Source of the DNA: a virus
Taxonomy: Duplodnaviria > Caudoviricetes
DNA: 61,194 bases
Reading direction: 5' to 3' (one strand)
Virus record (IMG/VR): IMGVR_UViG_3300047388_000109
Coordinates: 1-61,194 of that record
Shown: positions 54,786 to 61,194 of the stretch, piece by piece
How the letters are laid out: each line of letters opens with the position of its first letter
How positions within the stretch are numbered: the stretch's first letter is position 1
Made by a program: the position numbers and the translations under genes
The notes under the pieces: model-generated
Told to the model about the DNA's origin: nothing
Database searches by the model: none
The model's input: the letters and a program-made list of their open reading frames with translations, nothing else

Positions 54786-57700
54786 TGCCTTTTGTTGATC
54801 CCGACAGCCTGCCTCAGGCAGGTGGGAAGTTTGTCGACCCCGATGACATCAGAAGCGCCTCTGGCGAGATTGGTGCAGCTGCCAAGCGCGGCCTATACCA
54901 AGGCGTTACCCAGATTGGTGGCGCGCTTCAGACGCCAGCCGAACGGCTGGGCATGGAGCCCGGTATCGTCTCGCGCGCAGGAAAGGCGGTCGAGGAGTAC
55001 GGCAAGGCCGGCGCGGAGCGCAACGCTCCGCAGGAGACCCTGCACGGACCGGTCACGAACTTCGCCTCTCAGGCAGCCGAAGGGCTGACCTCGTTCGCTC
55101 CAACTCTGGCCGCTCAGGCCGGGGTCGGTGCGGCCGTGGGGTCGGTCGCCGGCCCAGTAGGGACCGTTGTGGGCGGGGCGCTGGGAGCTGGCGGCTTCAC
55201 CGCCGGGCAGGTCTGGCACGAAGAGTACCAGAAGGCGCTCGCCGCCGATAAGTCGCCGGACGCGGCGCGCGACCACGCCGACAAGTCTGCCGAGCTGCAA
55301 GGCGGCCTGATGGCCGGGGCCGGCGGCGTCGCCGGTGGCGTTGCCAAGGGAGCCGGGATCGTCGGCAAGGCGCTTGGATACGGTGCCAAAGACGCGGCCG
55401 AGGCCGGGACCAAGGCCATCGGCAAGAAGTTCGGACCGGAGTTCGCCAAGGGAGCGGCCGAGACGACCGCCGTCAACACAGGCGCGACCGTCGGCGGCGC
55501 GGCCGGACAGGCGGCCATCGACTCCGGCGACAATCTGAACACCGAGAGCCCGGGAGATGCGGCGCTCCACGCCGTCATGCCGGCCCTCGGGGCGTCCGTC
55601 GGATTCCTGCCGCTGGCGGCTCTGGGAGCCCACACAAACGTCTCTCACGCCAAGATGGTAGCTTCGGTGCTCGCCAACCCGAACGCCGCCCCAAAGGCCC
55701 GCGCAGGGGCCGTCAAGCAGGTGTTCGACGCCATGCAGAAGGCCAACCCGGAGCAGGCCAACACATGGGCCCTGAATGCCGGGGAAGCCCTGCACGCCCG
55801 CGCGCCTATCGGGGTCGACTCCAGCTGGACCGAAGGTCTCCACCCAAGCGTCTTCCCTGAGCTGGCCGAACCAGCCAAGGAACCTCTCGCCCTGCCGGCC
55901 CCCGGTCAGGTCGCGATTCCGGCCGACCAGCGCGACTTCGGTCCGTTCGAGCAGTCCAACGAGGCCGATCAGGCTGCCATCGAGCGCGACGCCGCGCGCT
56001 CCAAGTACGAGGCAGAGCAGGCCACCCTTCGCGGCGACCCGCTGACGGCCGCTGCCTTCGCTGGCCGCGCCAGCGGTGCCGTCGACGCCAAGGCCGCAGA
56101 GCGCGCCGCCGAGATTCCGGCCGCCGAGGTCGAGGAGCAGAAGCCGACAGGCGACGCCGGGACCGACCAGTCCAACATGAACATCCGCTCCGCGCTGGGC
56201 AACCAGCCGCAGCTCTCGCTCGCCGACGCGCAAGCGAAGATCGCCGCCATCAACGGCAGCGGTGAAAGCCCGAACAACTACTCTGTTGTTCCGCACCCGA
56301 AGGGCGGCTACGGCATCGTACCCGACCACTTCATCACCCCACAAGTCAAAGAACTGTACGCGGGCCTACAGAGCCGTGGTACACCAGAGCGCGCGCCGAA
56401 CCTGACTCCGTTCGATCTCGAACGCGCGCAGGCTCACGCCGAGGACCTGACGTCGCAGTCCGGCGTCGAGCACGAGGTCGTGCCGCACCCTTACGCCCGG
56501 GACAAGTTCCTTGTTCAGGAAAAGGATGCGTTCACGTCACGTGAACAACCGAGAGAGGTCCTACAAGAGCAAGGCGCAGGAGGCGTACTTCAACGCGAAC
56601 CGGGCGAAGCTGGAGTCAGAGGGGGTGAACGTGGACGAGTGGAACCGGTCGTCCAAGGGGAAGAAGCTGCCCGCCAAGGTGAAGCAGCCCGTGTCGAAGA
56701 AGGTCCTGCAACGGGGGTACAGCAAGACGTAGCACGCCACGGCGTTAAGCTGCCTGAGGTCCCGGCCAAGACCAACATGGCAAGCGACGGGTACATCGGC
56801 ATCACCAAGCCGGAAGATGCGCGCGCGGTGTCCAGCCTGATCGACGCGTCGGTTGCGGCCGGCCACTCGCCAGAGCTGTTCCGTGGCGCTGGCATCATCA
56901 AGAACCAGAAGAACGACCCGTACTCAGCGCCGATGGCGGCGTTCGCGCACAACAAACTCATCTCGATCCACGAGAGCGTGCTCGGAGACGATGCGGCGCA
57001 GCGACCGCACCAGTTGGCGCACGAGGGTGGTCACCTGATTGACGCCAACCCGGCGACCGGAGGCATGCACTCCAACGAGCACCCGGCGTTCCGCATCAAG
57101 ACCAACGCTGACGGCTCTCGTGAGGCAGAGGGTGGTATTATGAAGGCGGCTGTTGCCGCGTTCCAGAACACGAACTCTCTCACAGGCAACTCCCTCTCCT
57201 ACCCGCTGCGCGACTTCAACCGCAAGGACTTCAAGAGACAGGGGTACGACTCCGCTCACCAGATGTCGCAGGTTCTGGAGAACGAGGTGTTCGCCCAGCT
57301 CAGCCGCATGTACGGGGAGAACCCGACGGCGATGATGTACGAGCACCCAGAAGCATACGCACTATTTAAGGAGATGCACGATGGAACGAAGAAATCCTCA
57401 GGAATCGCAGGACTTGAGCGCTCGCTACGGGGAGCGCTTCAACGCCGCGATCAGACCGGACGTGTACGACAAGGTGAGCCCGCAGGAGATGGACGCGCGG
57501 CAGAAGCAGGCGCTGGAGACCGGGGTGCCGATAACGGAGTGGCACGGGTATCCAACGAGTCTCGCAAACCTCTGGCCGTCGATGAAGGCGAACATGGCGG
57601 CACCGCTGACCGAGGCGGCGCAGGAAAGCCAGCAACCCGCGAAGACTTCAAGCCCGGCCGCGTAGGCGATCTTCTCAACAAGAAGGACTGGGCTGTCCTC

Positions 57701-60700
57701 AGCGCGGAGAACCCGGACGCCAAGCCGGCCGCGCCCGCAGCGAACAAGGCTGCTACCGCGCGCCTCGAAGCTGACCTGAAGCGGCTTGGCGTAGACTACC
57801 AACCGGTCAGAGGCAAGTACGGTGGGCCCGAGGAGAACTCGTTCGCCGTAACCGGCATCACGCCTGAGCAAGCGCGCACGCTGCGCGACCTGTACGGACA
57901 GGATTCGATCCTGACCAACAAGGGCTTCGAGCACAAGGACGGCTCTATCACGCCGGCGAAGTCTATCGCCGCCAAGGCCCCTGACGAAGCAGACTACTAC
58001 ACGCAGATGCCGGACGGTACCAAGTGGGCCGCCGACATGGACTGGGACGCGCGCACAGCTCCGACGCGTCCGCTCGCCGTGCGCGATGGCACAGTCAAGC
58101 GCGGCGCAGATAGCGCCATCGCCATCCGAGAGGGCGCGGAGATTCGCGGTCTGCCTCGCTACGCCGGCCTGCCGGACATCGCGCGCGCGCTCAACAACCT
58201 CGCGCCGAAGCGCAGCTACGACAAGGTGGCCGACATCAAGTCGGCGACCAAACAGCTGTTCAGCGAGATCGCCTACCAGCTCAAGCAAGCGAAGAGCGGG
58301 CTCGGCTGGTACGCCGGCGATGTCCAGAAGGCGTGGAGATGGGCTGCGCAAGAACACCCTGAGCTGGCGCACGATCCGATCAAGCGGCAGCTGGTGTCGA
58401 TCATCACCGGACTCCACTCGCCCAGCATCAAGGCTCGCAAGAACTTCACGTACGGGCTGATCCAGTACGAGCACTACAAAGAGAACGGACAGTTCTCGCC
58501 GATCATCGACCCGACGACCGGCCAGCGCTGGAGCGGCAAGCCTGCGCACGAGCAGGCGATTACGCACGTCAACCAGATGCTGGCGGACACCGCCCGCTGG
58601 GATGGCGACCCTGAGCACGGTGTTGTGCAGTGGCTTCTCACCGAGCACCCGAAGTCTGTGCTCGCCGCAGAGCGTGCGCGCTATGGCGTCTGGGCGCGCG
58701 AACAGAAGGGTGCCGAGTCGTCAGACCCCGGAGCGTGGCTGGACAGCGTTCCTCACACGGCAGACCTCAGCGACAAGGAACTTGGCATCAACGCCAACAA
58801 GTCGCCGGGCGACGTCGGATTCAAGAGCCCGTCGCTCAAGGTAGGCGAGGACAAGGAACTCTACCTCGGCACTGAGATGTTTGGTCCGAAGGTCGGGCCT
58901 TTCATCGGCAACCTGAACGGCATGAACACGCACATCACGGTCGACGTGTGGGCGACGCGCACGCTGCGCAGACTGTTCGGTACGCTGCCAACCAAGGTCA
59001 GCGAAGACGGCGGCATCGAGGGTGAAGGTCCAACGCCACAAGAACGCAACATCGTCACGATGATGCTGCGTCAAGCTGCGCACGATCCTGAGCTACAGAA
59101 GCTGGGCATCAAGAACGGACCCGATGCGCAAGGCGTGACGTGGTTCTTCGAGCAGCAACTTTATGATACAATAACGAAGGGAACCGAGTCAGGGTTCTTC
59201 TCAGACGGAGCACGCGACTATGTTGAATCAAAAGGCCATATCGTTGATGAGCAGGGTGCTGGCGCTCCAACGCTCACAGACGCCAGCGTCCATGCGCGGC
59301 CAAGCGAAGACGAAGCCAACGCAGCAGCCCAGCGCATCGCCGCAGAGCGTCCGCTCTACACCGACAAGCCCCGCAAGACTGACGTCTTCTTCTCCGCGCT
59401 CTCCCGCGCCGTAGACGAGAAGGCTCCGTTCGCCAAGGACGGCACCGCCAACGCGCAGATGCTGCGCAACTGGCTCGACGCCCGCACCAAGGACGGCACG
59501 ATCAAGCGCGACGAGCTACAGTGGACCGGGCTCGACGACTACCTGAAACTGCGCGACGGCAAGATCACCCGCGACGAGGTCAACCAGTTCCTCGACCATA
59601 ACGGCGTGAAGGTCACGGAGACGATGTTGAACGATAGCAGCGGCCGTGAAGCCGCCGAACGCGCGCGTCGGCTACACAACGTATACGCTGAAGCCGGGAA
59701 TCGTGTTGCCCATCTGAAGCAAATGATTGCTCCCGGCTCGCCTTACGCCAAGTCGATGCGCGACGAAGCAACCCAGAAGTTGCCGGAGGCGGAATCGGCT
59801 TTGGTTGAGGCCCGCGCCAATCTGGACAAGTCTGCGGCAGAAGCCAAGACGACCATCGACTCCAACAATCCAACTCGTTACGCCGACCGCGTCCTCCCCG
59901 GCGGCAAGAACTACCGCGAGTTGCTGCTGACGCTGCCGGGTGGCTCTGAGGCTACCAAGAAATTCGAGGTCTACGACCAAGGCACAGGAGAGGTTGTAGG
60001 CACATACACCTCTGAAGCAGCGGCCGAGGCTCACGCCAATCGAGTCGGCAACTACGCGGTGGACTCCGTTCGCGTCAATGGTGCAGGCTTCCAATCGTCG
60101 CACTTCACCCAACCCAACATCCTCGCCCACATCCGCTTCAACGAGCGCACCGACGCCAACGGCAAGAAGGTTCTCTTCATCGAGGAGATTCAATCCGACT
60201 GGGCGCAGAAGGGGCGGAAGGAAGGGTTTGACAGCCCGGCCAAAACGATCGAGCAACAGGCGGAGCTTCGGAAACAGCGCGATGTGCTGGTCGAGAAGCT
60301 CGACGATCTGAAGGAAGGAACGCCGCAGCACGGCGAGGTCATTGCGCACATCCGACAGCTCAACGAGGAAATCCAGAACACGCAAGCGTACAAGAAAGGC
60401 GTCCCGAACGCCCCCTTCGTTGGCAAGACCGAAGCATGGGTCGCGCTCGCGCTCAAGCGCATGATCCGCTACGCCGCAGACAACGGCTTCGACCGCGTCG
60501 CGTGGACGACCGGCGAGCAGCAGGCGTCGCGGGGCGACCTGAGCAAGCAAGTAGAGGCAGTTCGTGCTACCAAGGCCAAAGACGGAACGTATGATCTTGC
60601 TGTAGCACAGAGTGGATCGAGGGGCCGCTTTGAGGTGTTGGCTGACGGCATAAAAGAGTCTGACATAGAGACTCACGTTGGCAAAGACTTGGCGAAAAAA

Positions 60701-61194
60701 ATAGTAGAGCGCGGCGGCGGAACATACAAGGGCGTCGACCTCGCCGTCGGCGGCGAAGGCATGAAGTCCTTCTACGACAAGATCGTCCCCAACGTCGCCA
60801 ACGACGTGCTGAAGAAGCTGGGTGGCGGACGGGTGGAAGATGTGGCGGTTGATACCGGTGATCGTGTGATCGACGCGCGGCCCGGAAAGAATAGTGACGA
60901 GGTCGTAGAGCATTCACGTCAACAAGGCTTCGACATCACGCCTGCCATGAAGGACAAGGTCGTCGGCGGTCAGCCTCTGTTCGTGCGCGAAGACGGCACC
61001 AAGGCCACCGACAAGAGCGTGCTTCCTCCGATCACCGGCGGCAAGGCTGCCGACTCCGAGGCTCGCTTCGACAAGAACGGTGAGGTGCTGCACGAAGAGG
61101 GCACCGAGCCGCACGTGTTTGACCCGAAGCACCTTGAGCCTTGGATGCGCGGTCTGACGCACGATCAGATCGAAACCCTGCGCAAGGCCGGCGG
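54785..61194 (+). CDS. giant polyvalent internal virion protein (partial, more than 2100 aa)
   Basis: ATG 54785 (MPFVDPD); no stop in the segments I translated and no track ORF in this frame up to the window edge; HEGGH, SAENP, VDVW and EEIQSDW motifs. Confidence 0.85.
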   Translation, partial: MPFVDPDSLPQAGGKFVDPDDIRSASGEIGAAAKRGLYQGVTQIGGALQTPAERLGMEPGIVSRAGKAVEEYGKAGAERNAPQETLHGPVTNFASQAAEGLTSFAPTLAAQAGVGAAVGSVAGPVGTVVGGALGAGGFTAGQVWHEEYQKALAADKSPDAARDHADKSAELQGGLMAGAGGVAGGVAKGAGIVGKALGYGAKDAAEAGTKAIGKKFGPEFAKGAAETTAVNTGATVGGAAGQAAIDSGDNLNTESPGDAALHAVMPALGASVGFLPLAALGAHTNVSHAKMVASVLANPNAAPKARAGAVKQVFDAMQKANPEQANTWALNAGEALHARAPIGVDSSWTEGLHPSVFPELAEPAKEPLALPAPGQVAIPADQRDFGPFEQSNEADQAAIERDAARSKYEAEQATLRGDPLTAAAFAGRASGAVDAKAAERAAEIPAAEVEEQKPTGDAGTDQSNMNIRSALGNQPQLSLADAQAKIAAINGSGESPNNYSVVPHPKGGYGIVPDHFITPQVKELYAGLQSRGTPERAPNLTPFDLERAQAHAEDLTSQSGVEHEVVPHPYARDKFLVQEKDAFTSREQPREVLQEQGAGGVLQREPGEAGVRGGERGRVEPVVQGEEAARQGEAARVEEGPATGVQQDVARHGVKLPEVPAKTNMASDGYIGITKPEDARAVSSLIDASVAAGHSPELFRGAGIIKNQKNDPYSAPMAAFAHNKLISIHESVLGDDAAQRPHQLAHEGGHLIDANPATGGMHSNEHPAFRIKTNADGSREAEGGIMKAAVAAFQNTNSLTGNSLSYPLRDFNRKDFKRQGYDSAHQMSQVLENEVFAQLSRMYGENPTAMMYEHPEAYALFKEMHDGTKKSSGIAGLERSLRGALQRRDQTGRVRQGEPAGDGRAAEAGAGDRGADNGVARVSNESRKPLAVDEGEHGGTADRGGAGKPATREDFKPGRVGDLLNKKDWAVLSAENPDAKPAAPAANKAATARLEADLKRLGVDYQPVRGKYGGPEENSFAVTGITPEQARTLRDLYGQDSILTNKGFEHKDGSITPAKSIAAKAPDEADYYTQMPDGTKWAADMDWDARTAPTRPLAVRDGTVKRGADSAIAIREGAEIRGLPRYAGLPDIARALNNLAPKRSYDKVADIKSATKQLFSEIAYQLKQAKSGLGWYAGDVQKAWRWAAQEHPELAHDPIKRQLVSIITGLHSPSIKARKNFTYGLIQYEHYKENGQFSPIIDPTTGQRWSGKPAHEQAITHVNQMLADTARWDGDPEHGVVQWLLTEHPKSVLAAERARYGVWAREQKGAESSDPGAWLDSVPHTADLSDKELGINANKSPGDVGFKSPSLKVGEDKELYLGTEMFGPKVGPFIGNLNGMNTHITVDVWATRTLRRLFGTLPTKVSEDGGIEGEGPTPQERNIVTMMLRQAAHDPELQKLGIKNGPDAQGVTWFFEQQLYDTITKGTESGFFSDGARDYVESKGHIVDEQGAGAPTLTDASVHARPSEDEANAAAQRIAAERPLYTDKPRKTDVFFSALSRAVDEKAPFAKDGTANAQMLRNWLDARTKDGTIKRDELQWTGLDDYLKLRDGKITRDEVNQFLDHNGVKVTETMLNDSSGREAAERARRLHNVYAEAGNRVAHLKQMIAPGSPYAKSMRDEATQKLPEAESALVEARANLDKSAAEAKTTIDSNNPTRYADRVLPGGKNYRELLLTLPGGSEATKKFEVYDQGTGEVVGTYTSEAAAEAHANRVGNYAVDSVRVNGAGFQSSHFTQPNILAHIRFNERTDANGKKVLFIEEIQSDWAQKGRKEGFDSPAKTIEQQAELRKQRDVLVEKLDDLKEGTPQHGEVIAHIRQLNEEIQNTQAYKKGVPNAPFVGKTEAWVALALKRMIRYAADNGFDRVAWTTGEQQASRGDLSKQVEAVRATKAKDGTYDLAVAQSGSRGRFEVLADGIKESDIETHVGKDLAKKIVERGGGTYKGVDLAVGGEGMKSFYDKIVPNVANDVLKKLGGGRVEDVAVDTGDRVIDARPGKNSDEVVEHSRQQGFDITPAMKDKVVGGQPLFVREDGTKATDKSVLPPITGGKAADSEARFDKNGEVLHEEGTEPHVFDPKHLEPWMRGLTHDQIETLRKAG
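56526..56732 (+). CDS. nested +1-frame small protein (YKSKAQ...KLPAKVK)
   Basis: GC3 bias switches to the +1 frame; AGGA upstream of ATG. Confidence 0.55.
   Translation: MRSRHVNNRERSYKSKAQEAYFNANRAKLESEGVNVDEWNRSSKGKKLPAKVKQPVSKKVLQRGYSKT
57381..57665 (+). CDS. nested +1-frame small protein
   Basis: TAAGGAG-N7-ATG; GC3 bias switches to the +1 frame. Confidence 0.6.
   Translation: MERRNPQESQDLSARYGERFNAAIRPDVYDKVSPQEMDARQKQALETGVPITEWHGYPTSLANLWPSMKANMAAPLTEAAQESQQPAKTSSPAA

Noticed and set aside
1-61194. Integrase, att site or host flanking genes
   Set aside because: None was recognised, so lifestyle (temperate or lytic) and host species cannot be determined from this window.

Overview
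The window is a contiguous, GC-rich segment of a tailed dsDNA phage or prophage of a Gram-negative host. The Rz/Rz1 spanins and sigma70 promoters point to that host type; no integrase or repressor is visible. The morphogenesis module is podovirus-like. In order it contains: an O-like replication initiator and SF4 helicase; a nin-like region with a Q-like antiterminator and pR'/tR'; a lysis cassette (GH19 endolysin, holin-like protein, nested spanins) interrupted by DUF5664, HslV-like, phosphoesterase and HNH genes; 25 tRNA genes covering all 20 amino acids, 24 of them behind an rrn-like promoter/boxA leader; a leftward DUF932 operon; terS/terL; about 8 kb of accessory ORFs; portal, scaffold, major capsid, a methyltransferase-GT9 fusion, a collagen-like fibre and tail proteins; and a giant polyvalent protein of more than 2100 aa that runs off the right edge and is missing from the ORF track. 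Five observations stand out. (1) A 754-bp transposase-less IS1595-like cassette (22-bp TIRs, 8-bp TSD) carries a mom-like DNA-modification gene. (2) Small genes appear overprinted in the +1 frame inside the linkers of the giant protein. (3) AlgR/LytTR-type ACCGTTCGTCGG boxes sit at an identical position upstream of both leftward promoters. (4) A minimal circularly permuted tRNA-elbow RNA lies inside the tRNA array. (5) A two-hairpin intergenic RNA motif recurs three times with covariation. All family assignments come from reading motifs by eye; no searches were run.
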